Shown piece by piece: positions 17,422 through 26,671 of a stretch of DNA of 64,000 nt. The DNA comes from a virus. How positions within the stretch are numbered: position 1 is the stretch's first letter; each line of letters opens with the position of its first letter. A program made the translations under genes and the position numbers. A model generated the notes under the pieces. The model worked only from the letters and a program-made list of their open reading frames with translations. It ran no database searches and had not been told where the DNA came from. The DNA lies in the IMG/VR virus record IMGVR_UViG_3300032315_001657, positions 11,109 to 75,108 of that record; one strand, 5' to 3'.

Positions 17422-17628
17422 TTAACCTCCAATAATAAATTTAAAAAGTAAAGAACAGATTACAATAGCAATCCATCCAATAGGATTAAACAATAATAGA
17501 TAAAGTAAGGCAAAAATCAAGACAGATACTAAAGATAAAAATTCCCAAAAACCTATTTTACGATCTTTAAGCCATACTTGTTCAAATTTAGCTGTAATTA
17601 CTTCAAGGTCTTTTTTCATAGATTGCAC
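17422..17628 (-). CDS. Small membrane protein
   Basis: Two hydrophobic segments. Confidence 0.5.
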   Translation of the reverse strand: MQSMKKDLEVITAKFEQVWLKDRKIGFWEFLSLVSVLIFALLYLLLFNPIGWIAIVICSLLFKFIIGG

Positions 17629-18049
17629 TATTTAGCTCATGTTCCCACACTTCAACTCTATTAAGCCAGCAACGACCTACAGACATATCTCTTATCATAG
17701 GATCAACAGTCTTAAAACACCATTCAGCCGTCTTTTCAATACCTACACCATCCATAACACGAAGCTGGCAACCTCCATTATCCGCTAATTGAATAAAACT
17801 AGGTAGCAACGGATCATCTTGAGCAATACAAAGAGTGTGATCAAATTGATCCTGTAATAACCTTTTAACGTCTTTTAAGCCTCCAAAATTTATAACCCAA
17901 TTCTTATCATCTAATCCCTGACATCCAAACCAAAACTTAGCTTTAAGCTGATATCCATGTACATATTTACAATGAGTACCTTCAGCTCTCCACTGCCTGA
18001 AGGCACAAGAGCCAAGTTCTATAATCTTAGTTGATTCAAATCTAACCAT
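17603..18049 (-). CDS. queD: 6-carboxytetrahydropterin synthase
   Basis: HCKYVHGY, NFGGLK, FDHT, VEVWEH. Confidence 0.9.
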   Translation of the reverse strand: MVRFESTKIIELGSCAFRQWRAEGTHCKYVHGYQLKAKFWFGCQGLDDKNWVINFGGLKDVKRLLQDQFDHTLCIAQDDPLLPSFIQLADNGGCQLRVMDGVGIEKTAEWCFKTVDPMIRDMSVGRCWLNRVEVWEHELNSAIYEKRP

Positions 18050-18050
18050 T

Positions 18051-18338
18051 TTAAGCTTGCTGTAAAGGTACTATATTAAGATCACCTCTAAAAAAGTTAA
18101 ACACATCTTGTGTCCATTTATCTTCGTAATTTTCTTCTTCGTAAAAAACAATATGATTAAGTTTAGTAGAGCCATTTAATTGCTGTTTAAGCTTTTTAGA
18201 TAGAGTAACCATTTTATTAATATCTCTTTCAGACCAATTTGCTCCAACATTAATGGATGATGCAAACAATAAAGCTTCGAGCAATGTATTAGCTTCCTCC
18301 TGTTTAAGATCTAAGGTTACGGTACTACTAGTTTTCAT
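18051..18338 (-). CDS. Hypothetical protein
   Basis: 95 aa ORF in an operon. Confidence 0.55.
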   Translation of the reverse strand: MKTSSTVTLDLKQEEANTLLEALLFASSINVGANWSERDINKMVTLSKKLKQQLNGSTKLNHIVFYEEENYEDKWTQDVFNFFRGDLNIVPLQQA

Positions 18339-18365
18339 ATAGAGGTATTATACTACCTCTGGAAC

Positions 18366-18980
18366 TTATTTCAACTTTTTATTAAACAAGTTATAGATAC
18401 CGTTATCAAATTTTCCGTAGAGGTCTACAATTATTTGTTTTCTTTCTGCCTCTGAAACATGTTTGTACATATCTCTAATTTGGGTAGCACTTGTTATATT
18501 TTTACCTAAAACTTTAAAAGGGAAAACAGGGGCAACAGTAATGTATCCCTTTTCCCCTAAAGGTAACATTTCGTTAGCATCTTGAAGTTTTTGAAAATAG
18601 CTTGGTGAACCGTCTTTTTTTGGTTTGTATGAAAATCTATCTATATCTTTTTCTGATACAGCATATATAAGTCTGTCTTTTAAGTCGTTATATTTTAATG
18701 TAATTTCTTTTGCTACATAAGGAGACACAACCTGTACAATTTTATCAGCTGGTACACCGGCCTTGACTAAAGCTAACTTGCGCTCTTGAAAGCTAAAAGG
18801 AGATTTTTCATCAACTTTATTACTTGTAGCTACATACACATCTGCCCCTGGGTACTGCTCTACAAGAGAATTATAGACCTGAGCATGCCCTCTGTGGGCT
18901 GGTTGAAAGCGGCCAGGGTAAATTACAACTAGCTTGCCATTTCTAGTTTGTTCTGTAAAAAACTGATTAAATGCTATCAT
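18366..18980 (-). CDS. Cytidylyltransferase-like (HxGH) nucleotidyltransferase
   Basis: YPGRFQPAHRGH, SPFSFQER, SATQIR. Confidence 0.85.
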   Translation of the reverse strand: MIAFNQFFTEQTRNGKLVVIYPGRFQPAHRGHAQVYNSLVEQYPGADVYVATSNKVDEKSPFSFQERKLALVKAGVPADKIVQVVSPYVAKEITLKYNDLKDRLIYAVSEKDIDRFSYKPKKDGSPSYFQKLQDANEMLPLGEKGYITVAPVFPFKVLGKNITSATQIRDMYKHVSEAERKQIIVDLYGKFDNGIYNLFNKKLK

Positions 18981-20230
18981 TTAAATTTTTCCTCCCTTGA
19001 GATAGCAAAATTAGCCCGAGAAAACTCCAATCGATCTACAAGCTTTACCATATTACCAGATCTATCTACAGCTACAAAGCCCTCTCCGGGAGTAACCTTT
19101 AATGTACCATCAGGCTGAGTTAAAAATTGTTTTGTCTTGATAGCAGTACTATATTTGTTAAAGAAAATCTTTTTTATGTCTGCTATTTTTTTGGTAAGAT
19201 TAAAAATATTAACAATAGACATTTTATTTGTATTAAAAAACTTTATAGCTTTATTTTTACCTTCAATTTTTTTTTGCTTACCTGCTTCAGATTTTAATTT
19301 TTCAATTTCTTTATCTACCCGGCCATTATACCACTCTATAAACCCGTTAAACGTTTCTTCTGGATTTTCAACAAATTTACCTTGACGTATAAGGGTATTA
19401 ATATAGGTATTTGCTAAAGTATAAAAATTATTAGGTAAACCGACCCAATCAGTTATACCCGCTATCTTCTGTATTGAATTCAGACCTTCAGATACTGCTG
19501 TTTTTTCATCATCAGTTAATGTAACAGTGCCAGACATGTCTTTAAACTTTGCATCGTCAAACCATACATCAGGGGATTGACTAAACTCAGAAACATTAAC
19601 GTCAGCAGATTTAGAAAGCTGTTGTAAGTTAGGTCCTGTGTAGCGAGTATGAAACACAACACCAATTTGGGCTGTTTGTATTTTTTTACCTAACTCAGAA
19701 TCTACCTCTACAGCGTATGTAATTGTATTAGGTTTGAAGGTTATTAATTTTTCTCCTTGAAACTCTATTTGCTGCAATGTTGCCTTATCAAACATGAAAT
19801 CACCTTGATAAACATTGCTTTTAATAACTTTTGGTAAATAAAGTAGTGCTAACCTCATCTTTTCAACTAAGCCTGGTGCTTGGCTGTAGTTTTGCTGAAT
19901 GTCTTGATTCGTGTAACATATCTTTGGTGTTTTGGCCGCAGCACTCTTTGTTGCAACAAAGAACTTGTTATTTTCAGGGTTATATCCACATATTATAGCA
20001 GGGGCACCGTCATATTTGACTGTTGTAAAAACACCAGAATCCGCATTACCGTTAAATGTCTCGGTTAAAGCCTTAATAAACTCTACAGCAATATCTAGAC
20101 CTGCTTTCTGTTGAGTTAAAATGTACTCTTCAAGATGGGTAAGATGCTTAATAATACCTTCTTGTTGCTCAATGACAAGATATTTACTAATACTATCTTT
20201 ATAAAAGCTATTGAAAGCTTGTTCAATCAT
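18977..20230 (-). CDS. Conserved T4-like phage protein with an ATP-dependent RNA-ligase-like fold (DUF6267-like)
   Basis: HLTHLEE, TVKYDGAP (KxDG), YQGDFMF, GEGFVA, VKLVDRLEFS. Confidence 0.65.
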   Translation of the reverse strand: MIEQAFNSFYKDSISKYLVIEQQEGIIKHLTHLEEYILTQQKAGLDIAVEFIKALTETFNGNADSGVFTTVKYDGAPAIICGYNPENNKFFVATKSAAAKTPKICYTNQDIQQNYSQAPGLVEKMRLALLYLPKVIKSNVYQGDFMFDKATLQQIEFQGEKLITFKPNTITYAVEVDSELGKKIQTAQIGVVFHTRYTGPNLQQLSKSADVNVSEFSQSPDVWFDDAKFKDMSGTVTLTDDEKTAVSEGLNSIQKIAGITDWVGLPNNFYTLANTYINTLIRQGKFVENPEETFNGFIEWYNGRVDKEIEKLKSEAGKQKKIEGKNKAIKFFNTNKMSIVNIFNLTKKIADIKKIFFNKYSTAIKTKQFLTQPDGTLKVTPGEGFVAVDRSGNMVKLVDRLEFSRANFAISREEKFK

Positions 20231-20239
20231 AACGCTCTA

Positions 20240-20608
20240 TTATTTAAGCGTTAAGAGATAGCGTAGTCTATTAATAACAGCTAGAATTTCGTCTCTAATA
20301 TTGAGACAATCAGTATCCTTTACAGGGTCGTGCATTTCATTGAATGGACCAGATAGGTAATCGTTTAACTGAATTAAAATATCCTCAAGATCTATTTCAT
20401 CTTGATTAACTAAACCTAAATCAATAGGGGTTTCAAAGGTTAATCTTCCGTATTTGCCTTGATGAACTTCAACTAAACTATCAATTAATCCGTCAAGGCC
20501 TTCATACGCATTACCTAAAGCTTTATGAGCAGCATAAGAAAGAGTCTGCCAATGCAGTATTCTCAACTGATTCTGTATTTTAATTAAATTGACAATTACT
20601 TTGTCCAT
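20240..20608 (-). CDS. Ferritin/Dps-like protein (DUF5856-like)
   Basis: LHWQTLSYAAHKAL...DSLVE..QGKYGR, NIRDEI. Confidence 0.75.
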   Translation of the reverse strand: MDKVIVNLIKIQNQLRILHWQTLSYAAHKALGNAYEGLDGLIDSLVEVHQGKYGRLTFETPIDLGLVNQDEIDLEDILIQLNDYLSGPFNEMHDPVKDTDCLNIRDEILAVINRLRYLLTLK

Positions 20609-20856
20609 TAGACAGCTGGCTGTTGATTTGGAGCAGGTTGTTGCCCGGGTTTAGCAGCTTGTAATGCCTGCATTTTTTGTAAAGCTATTTGAACCTGTTG
20701 TTCTGTTTTAGCAGCAATTAGCTCTTGTACTATTTTTGGATCCAATGGAAGCTGTTGAGCTGCAGCAGCGCTAGGCGCTGGTTTTGGTTGTGGCTGTCCA
20801 GGTGTAACGGGCAGCATTTCTTCTATTCTTTTATAAACGGCATCAAATTTACTCAT
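20608..20856 (-). CDS. Hypothetical P/Q/A-rich late protein
   Basis: TAAATA upstream (20863-20868, minus strand). Confidence 0.6.
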   Translation of the reverse strand: MSKFDAVYKRIEEMLPVTPGQPQPKPAPSAAAAQQLPLDPKIVQELIAAKTEQQVQIALQKMQALQAAKPGQQPAPNQQPAV

Positions 20857-20928
20857 ATGTATTATTTAATCGGGAACAATATATTTCTAGAATCTATTTG
20901 GCGAAGTCCCAATCTTCCATACATGCAC

Positions 20929-21417
20929 TTAAACATTATTTTCAGTTAAATCCACTGATCCTAAAGAAAAAGTTTTAGATTTTTTATTCTTCTTTTGAAA
21001 GCTGTAAAGGGCATTCTTATTCAGAAACTTTTGTAACTTAGAGCTCACCAGACGGTTTACATTGAGAGTTCGGGTTAATGCCATTTCTGTGTCGGGGGAG
21101 TCAAAGGAACTAACTTTAACCCAGGGTACAGGTAATACCTTCAAGATAGTTTCAAAGTGCTTGTCCGTAAAGCCTACACCTTTAGGCAAAGGATGTATGA
21201 CAAAAGCTTTTGGGTATTTTGAGCTGCATTTTTGATAACCGTAACAAAACTTTTCTAAGCAATAATGATAAAAGAATTTTTGTATATCTTTGTTTTTAAA
21301 ACTATAAGGTATTTTATATTTCTTACAAAATGCATAAGACTCTTTAAGAGCTTCTATAAAATAAGGATAATAATCAATCCCACATACTCTTGATTTAGGA
21401 TATTCTATAAAATGCAT
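20929..21417 (-). CDS. Hypothetical protein
   Basis: 162 aa ORF. Confidence 0.55.
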   Translation of the reverse strand: MHFIEYPKSRVCGIDYYPYFIEALKESYAFCKKYKIPYSFKNKDIQKFFYHYCLEKFCYGYQKCSSKYPKAFVIHPLPKGVGFTDKHFETILKVLPVPWVKVSSFDSPDTEMALTRTLNVNRLVSSKLQKFLNKNALYSFQKKNKKSKTFSLGSVDLTENNV

Positions 21418-21419
21418 TA

Positions 21420-22028
21420 TTATAATAATGCTTGAACCTGCTCGATACTCAAGCCTTCTTTTAAAGCCTCTTCTGCTGTTTTGTAAAGTTCAGCAATAAT
21501 ATTATTAATTTTTTCTTCGTAACGTAAGACTGTTTTATGATTTTCTTTATTGTAGTTCAGTTTGGAGGCAGATTCAAGAACAGCAGTTTGATTAATGAGG
21601 TCTAGCTTAGAACCTAAATACTTTTTAACTTTGAGAATAGTTTTTGTTTCTGGAGAATAAGCAGCTAGCTCTTGTTCAGTTACTGGCTCTTTAATCTTAT
21701 CACCGTTACTGTTTATTATGCCTAGTTTGTAAGCTTCAAAATCTTTAAAGTTTTTGTTAAGGGAAGAGAGAAGAAATTTGTTTTTCATAGATTCATTAAA
21801 CATTTTATTATAATCAATACCATGAAGATGGATATCTGAAAATGGGTTTAACTTACAACCCTTACCATAAGAGGTAGAACCGCAATAAGAACACCTTTTA
21901 GGATCTTGAGGATGAAAGTGAACCCCCTTAGGCGCAAATCTACATCCCTTGCCGTAAGAGGTTGAATTGCAGTACAGACACCTTGAGACAGGCTTGAACA
22001 CAGATACTTTTTCACTAACTGGAGTCAT
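21420..22028 (-). CDS. Protein with two tandem Cys/His Zn-binding-like repeats
   Basis: CxYCxSTSYGKGCxxxP..xHxH twice; C-terminal part contains AYKLGII. Confidence 0.65.
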   Translation of the reverse strand: MTPVSEKVSVFKPVSRCLYCNSTSYGKGCRFAPKGVHFHPQDPKRCSYCGSTSYGKGCKLNPFSDIHLHGIDYNKMFNESMKNKFLLSSLNKNFKDFEAYKLGIINSNGDKIKEPVTEQELAAYSPETKTILKVKKYLGSKLDLINQTAVLESASKLNYNKENHKTVLRYEEKINNIIAELYKTAEEALKEGLSIEQVQALL

Positions 22029-22034
22029 TGTGTA

Positions 22035-22448
22035 TTATTTAAGGAGGCTCTTAGGGGGAGTCCCTATGCGTACGTTGATTATTCCGTTGTAATAGTCATC
22101 TCTTCGGAGAACGTCTCGTGCTATTTGTTCTTTAATTTCTTCATATCCGAGCTCCCATTTTGATCCGCATATTTTAAGAATACGAAATTCAAAATTATCT
22201 TTACCGTGCTTTTGAATATCTTCGTTTAAATCGTTAGAAGATGAAGTATAAGTCTTCCAATCTGATTCTTTATGATCAATTCTATTACGAGTCTTACCTT
22301 TAAGAGGTTTGCGTTTAATCTTACGTATACACTGCTTTTTACCAATATATTTTTTGCCGTTAACTTTGTTGGTTATTTCATAAATAAAACCAAACATGTT
22401 TTCAAAAATATAAACATCTTCATTTAGTAACCAATGCCCGGTATCCAT
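22035..22448 (-). CDS. GIY-YIG nuclease domain protein
   Basis: FGFIYEITN...KKYIGKK, ESDWKTY, E...YYN. Confidence 0.8.
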   Translation of the reverse strand: MDTGHWLLNEDVYIFENMFGFIYEITNKVNGKKYIGKKQCIRKIKRKPLKGKTRNRIDHKESDWKTYTSSSNDLNEDIQKHGKDNFEFRILKICGSKWELGYEEIKEQIARDVLRRDDYYNGIINVRIGTPPKSLLK

Positions 22449-22450
22449 TA

Positions 22451-22678
22451 TTAACTTTTACGTTTATTTTTACGTTTCTTTCTGCGCTTAATTAAGCCCC
22501 CACGTGTAACAATACCACCGTATAAGCTCTTAGGCACTCGGGCATCCCCAGGTGCATAATTATCTCCGGAGAATTGAGTAGCCGTCGCCTGCACACCTGG
22601 ACCGAAAGCTGAACCTGCACCACCAGCCATATTCTCTTCTTTTAATACATTTAGGATTATATTTTTTAAATTTATCAT
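22451..22678 (-). CDS. Small protein with a basic C-terminus
   Basis: 75 aa; DNYAPGDAR; poly-K/R tail. Confidence 0.6.
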   Translation of the reverse strand: MINLKNIILNVLKEENMAGGAGSAFGPGVQATATQFSGDNYAPGDARVPKSLYGGIVTRGGLIKRRKKRKNKRKS

Positions 22679-22821
22679 TTCACCTGCCCCCTTCTACATC
22701 TCACCATATAACCAGATGCATATGCAGATGGAAATACTTTATATTTTCTTTTAGCCTTGTAGTAACACCTATCTTTTTTTTCTAAGATTTGTTGTTTAAA
22801 AAATTCTTTAAATGTTTGCAT
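22675..22821 (-). CDS. Small conserved phage protein (48 aa)
   Basis: Manual translation MQTFKEFFKQQILEKKDRCYYKAKRKYKVFPSAYASGYMVRCRRGQVK; TAAATA upstream; stop overlaps the next ATG. Confidence 0.7.
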   Translation of the reverse strand: MQTFKEFFKQQILEKKDRCYYKAKRKYKVFPSAYASGYMVRCRRGQVK

Positions 22822-22830
22822 TTGGAGTAT

Positions 22831-23088
22831 TTATTTCTTTTTAGACCATTTAATTCTTTTTGGTCCTTTTTTCTTTACTTTTGATCCAGTACATTGAGAT
22901 AAAGTCGGTCGACAAGCCGGGTAGCCCTTAGAGGGGCCCTTAGTACCTTTTTCTCTACCACAAGGAACAAGTTTACCCGGCTTTGATTTTTTACAGTTTA
23001 TCCAGCCTTTGCCCTTATTTCTCTTGAACCATTTATGAAGAGACTCTTCGTTTAACAGCTCTGTTACTGTATTAATAAAGTCTAACAT
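22831..23088 (-). CDS. Small basic Cys-containing phage protein (DUF5872-like)
   Basis: SLHKWFK...W.NC...PCGR...YPACRP. Confidence 0.6.
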   Translation of the reverse strand: MLDFINTVTELLNEESLHKWFKRNKGKGWINCKKSKPGKLVPCGREKGTKGPSKGYPACRPTLSQCTGSKVKKKGPKRIKWSKKK

Positions 23089-23143
23089 ACTATTATTTAA
23101 GTTGTTTACTCTTTAAAAGACTCTATTATATTAGGTAATAGTT

Positions 23144-23563
23144 ATGGAAGAACAGGAACAAACACCAATTTCATTAATTGCAAAATACAACGACGAGATC
23201 AAAAAATATGTATCTGTTGATGAATTTAACATGAAACAGATACAAATGGATCTACCAGCTACTCGTCACTACTGGGTTGGTCGTCTTATGTTTCATAAAC
23301 AAGAAATTTTAAAGTTAAAGAGACTCCGGAAAGAAGCTCAGAAAAAAATTGCTGACAGATTGGAGCATGAATCCCCTGTTGGCCTTAACCCTAAGACCTT
23401 AGAACAAGCTCAACAGCATCATCCGCTTGTAGGTAAGATCGACGGTCAAATTGCTGAACATGAACTTGTTGTTGAGTATCTAGGAAAGATTGAAGCTAAC
23501 TTTAGATCTATCTCATTTGATATTAAGAATCTTATTGAGATAGTTAAGCTTGAGACAACATAA
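23144..23563 (+). CDS. Probable UvsY-like recombination mediator
   Basis: Helical, 139 aa, ends FDIKNLIEIVKLE, directly upstream of UvsW. Confidence 0.6.
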   Translation: MEEQEQTPISLIAKYNDEIKKYVSVDEFNMKQIQMDLPATRHYWVGRLMFHKQEILKLKRLRKEAQKKIADRLEHESPVGLNPKTLEQAQQHHPLVGKIDGQIAEHELVVEYLGKIEANFRSISFDIKNLIEIVKLETT

Positions 23564-25008
23564 TGGTACAAATAACTCTTGATTACGACTCCACTCGAAA
23601 GAAAGGTATAATAGTCTCAGATTACTTACCGAATATTAGAGAGCATTTTTCAGTTGAAGACAAACAACAAGTCTTTAAGCGCCGTTATGCTATAGGTTAT
23701 AGACCTCAGACCAGACTTTACGCAATAACCCCTCAGGGTAGGTTTGAGACTCGTTTAGTTTTTTCTATTCTAGAATTTTTACAAAATCAGGATATTAAAT
23801 TTAATATTGAATTAACAGATAAGTTTAAAGAAGTAATTTTTATTCCTGAATTAAAAGAGAATTTAACAAAATTAAATCTTGACCTTAGAGATTATCAAGA
23901 AGAGTCTGTTAGGTTAGCTTTAAAGAATAAATCAGGAGTTATTATTTTGCCTACCTCAGCAGGTAAAACTCTTGTTATTGCCACTTTAGTAAAATCTATC
24001 CAGGATCAACATGACTTCAAAGCTCTAATACTTGTCCCTGATATACAGCTTGTTGCACAAACATACTCTGACTTTATCGATTACGGAATACCGGAATCTG
24101 AAATTACTAAGTGGACTGGCTCTACAGAACCAGATAAGAATGCTAAGATAGTAATTTCAAATGCACAAATTTTACTCTCTGAAAAACAAGACCTATCTTT
24201 ACTAAAAGATATTAAATTGCTTGTTATTGATGAGGTACACAAACTAAAATATGGAAACAAAATTAACAAAGTTGTTGAGCAAATTCCTGCACTTTTTCGC
24301 TACGGATTTACAGGAACTCTGCCAGACTATAAAATCGACCAATGGAACATTTTCGGGAAGATAGGTAGAGTTATATATTTTAAAGAATCGATAGATTTGA
24401 GAGATCAAAATTATATCTCTCAAGTTCATGTAGCTGCTTTAAAATTGACCTATAAAAACACTCCTCAATTTACTACTCCCTCTATGCATAATCCAACTGC
24501 GGGTTACGAGGAAGAGATAACTTGGTTACAAACTAACCCGTATAGAAACGCAATTATTATAAAATTAGTCAATAAGTCAGATAAAAATACTCTTATTATG
24601 GTAGATAGAATTGCTCATGGAGAAGAGTTATTAAGGGTATTACAGGAAAGTACTAAAAAACAAGTACACTTTGTTCATGGCGCTGTTGAAATTGAAGAAC
24701 GAGAAATGATTCGTAAGCTTATGGAAGAACACGATAATGTAGCTTGTATAGCTATCTCTAAGATATTCTCTACCGGTATTAATATTAAGAACCTACATAA
24801 TATTATTTTTGCTGCTATTGGCAAAGCTCGTATTAAAATTATTCAGTCTATTGGCAGAAGTTTGAGAAAACATTCTAGTAAAAAATTAGCTACAATTTTT
24901 GATATTTGGGATAATCTTCGTTATGGTAATAAACATATGGTAGAAAGATTAGCTCTATACGATAGAGAACAAATACCTTATTCCGTTACTGAATTAACGG
25001 AGAGTTGA
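23563..25008 (+). CDS. uvsW: UvsW-like SF2 helicase
   Basis: LRDYQ, PTSAGKT, DEVH, GFTGT, STGINI, IQSIGRSLR. Confidence 0.92.
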   Translation: MVQITLDYDSTRKKGIIVSDYLPNIREHFSVEDKQQVFKRRYAIGYRPQTRLYAITPQGRFETRLVFSILEFLQNQDIKFNIELTDKFKEVIFIPELKENLTKLNLDLRDYQEESVRLALKNKSGVIILPTSAGKTLVIATLVKSIQDQHDFKALILVPDIQLVAQTYSDFIDYGIPESEITKWTGSTEPDKNAKIVISNAQILLSEKQDLSLLKDIKLLVIDEVHKLKYGNKINKVVEQIPALFRYGFTGTLPDYKIDQWNIFGKIGRVIYFKESIDLRDQNYISQVHVAALKLTYKNTPQFTTPSMHNPTAGYEEEITWLQTNPYRNAIIIKLVNKSDKNTLIMVDRIAHGEELLRVLQESTKKQVHFVHGAVEIEEREMIRKLMEEHDNVACIAISKIFSTGINIKNLHNIIFAAIGKARIKIIQSIGRSLRKHSSKKLATIFDIWDNLRYGNKHMVERLALYDREQIPYSVTELTES

Positions 25009-25040
25009 TTTATTGTTAATTTATAATAGACTTACTTATT

Positions 25041-25610
25041 ATGCCGTTTCCTCGTAAAAGAAAAATAAAAGATGAAGAGTTTGTTAATGATCCAAACGAA
25101 GAGGATTTTACCTCTTTGTGGGATTCTGAACCAAAGAAAAAAAAGAAACGGGTAAGGAGAACTAAGGAAGAACTAAAACCTAATTACGTTGACCCTATTG
25201 AGATGGAAAATTTTATTATTCAGTACTACGAACAGGGAGGTAAAGATATACCCTCTGAACTAGCTGACATGATTCAAAAAATTGCTACCCGTCTTGGTTA
25301 TGCACAAAATTTTATTAACTATTCTTACAAAGAAGAAATGATTGGAGATGCTATCATAAAGATGATAACAGCAGTAACCCGTCAACGCTTTAAATGTAGG
25401 TCTGGCTATAACCCCTTTTCATATTTTACTAAAGTAGCTTATAGAGCTTTTCAGAATCGTATTAAAAAAGAAAAGAAAGAGCATGACACCATTCATCGCT
25501 ATCAAACAGAGGTATACACACTTTTGACTGAGTCAGGTCAAATACCATCTCAGAAAAATACTAAGTTTGATACAGACTATGATGACTCATACCGTCAAGA
25601 AAACGCCTGA
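25041..25610 (+). CDS. Late-transcription sigma factor (T4 gp55-like)
   Basis: NFINYSYKEEMIGDAI, NPFSYFT..AYRAF..RIKKEKK. Confidence 0.9.
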   Translation: MPFPRKRKIKDEEFVNDPNEEDFTSLWDSEPKKKKKRVRRTKEELKPNYVDPIEMENFIIQYYEQGGKDIPSELADMIQKIATRLGYAQNFINYSYKEEMIGDAIIKMITAVTRQRFKCRSGYNPFSYFTKVAYRAFQNRIKKEKKEHDTIHRYQTEVYTLLTESGQIPSQKNTKFDTDYDDSYRQENA

Positions 25611-26671
25611 TGCATTTTAGTTCAAACAAAGTAGCTTGTATTTCTGACATACATTTAGGGGTGCATCAGAATGCACATACCTGGCATGAAATAGCTTTAG
25701 ATTTTGCTCGATGGCTTGATCAAGAGTTAAAGCTTAGAGATATCAAGGATATTATTATAGCTGGTGACATCTTTCATAATCGTCATGAAATCGGAGTTAA
25801 TACTATCCATTGTGCTCGCAAATTCTTTGATACACTCTCCAACTACAACATTGTAACTATAACCGGCAATCATGACTGCTATTACAAAGATAAGTCAGAT
25901 ATTAACTCAATATCTATTCTTAATGGGTATAAAAATGTCACTGTATATCAAGAGCTAGCTACCCAGACAATAAACAACAAAAAGTTTGTATTCTGCCCTT
26001 GGGGAGTAGATTTACAAGAAATTCCTTTATGTGATATTATTGTTGGTCATTTCGAGATTCTTAATTTTAAAATGAGTTCTCACAAAGTATGTGATCACGG
26101 GTTAGAGAGTGATTCATTACTAGAAAAATCTAAGCTTGTCATTACTGGGCACTTCCATTGCCGGGATCATAGAAAGTATTCAAATGGCAAATCAATTATC
26201 TATCTTGGTTCACCTTATGAGTTAGATTTTGGTGATAGAGAGCAAACAAAAGGTTTTACTATTTTAGACACTGATGATCTATCTCTGGAGCTAATAGAAA
26301 ACAACATAACACCTAAGCATAAAAAAATTAAGATATCTGATCTTCTTGATAATAAAATTAACTTAGAAAACGTTTCTGGTGAATTACAAAATAACTTTGT
26401 CAGTCTTTGTATTGATAGGAACGTAAATGAGCAAGTTCTTAATTTAATGCTCTCAAAATTTAATCAATATAAGCCTAGACATGTTCGAACTGATTTTAAT
26501 ATTTTTGAATCCGTACAGTTATCTGCTACTGAGCTTAATGAAGTATCCATAGATATTGATACAGCTTTGCATGAGTTTGTTAATCTTTTAGATACACCCG
26601 TGCCTAAGAAGGATATTCTCGATAAATGTATAGATCTTTATAGAATATCCCAAACCGTAAATGAGCACTAA
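25610..26671 (+). CDS. Recombination endonuclease subunit (gp47, Mre11/SbcD-like)
   Basis: SDIHLG, GDIFH, GNHD, GHFH, YLGSPY. Confidence 0.92.
   Translation: MHFSSNKVACISDIHLGVHQNAHTWHEIALDFARWLDQELKLRDIKDIIIAGDIFHNRHEIGVNTIHCARKFFDTLSNYNIVTITGNHDCYYKDKSDINSISILNGYKNVTVYQELATQTINNKKFVFCPWGVDLQEIPLCDIIVGHFEILNFKMSSHKVCDHGLESDSLLEKSKLVITGHFHCRDHRKYSNGKSIIYLGSPYELDFGDREQTKGFTILDTDDLSLELIENNITPKHKKIKISDLLDNKINLENVSGELQNNFVSLCIDRNVNEQVLNLMLSKFNQYKPRHVRTDFNIFESVQLSATELNEVSIDIDTALHEFVNLLDTPVPKKDILDKCIDLYRISQTVNEH

Noticed and set aside
22035-22448. Mobile homing endonuclease
   Set aside because: Catalytic GIY-YIG domain only, with no DNA-binding extension and no intron context.
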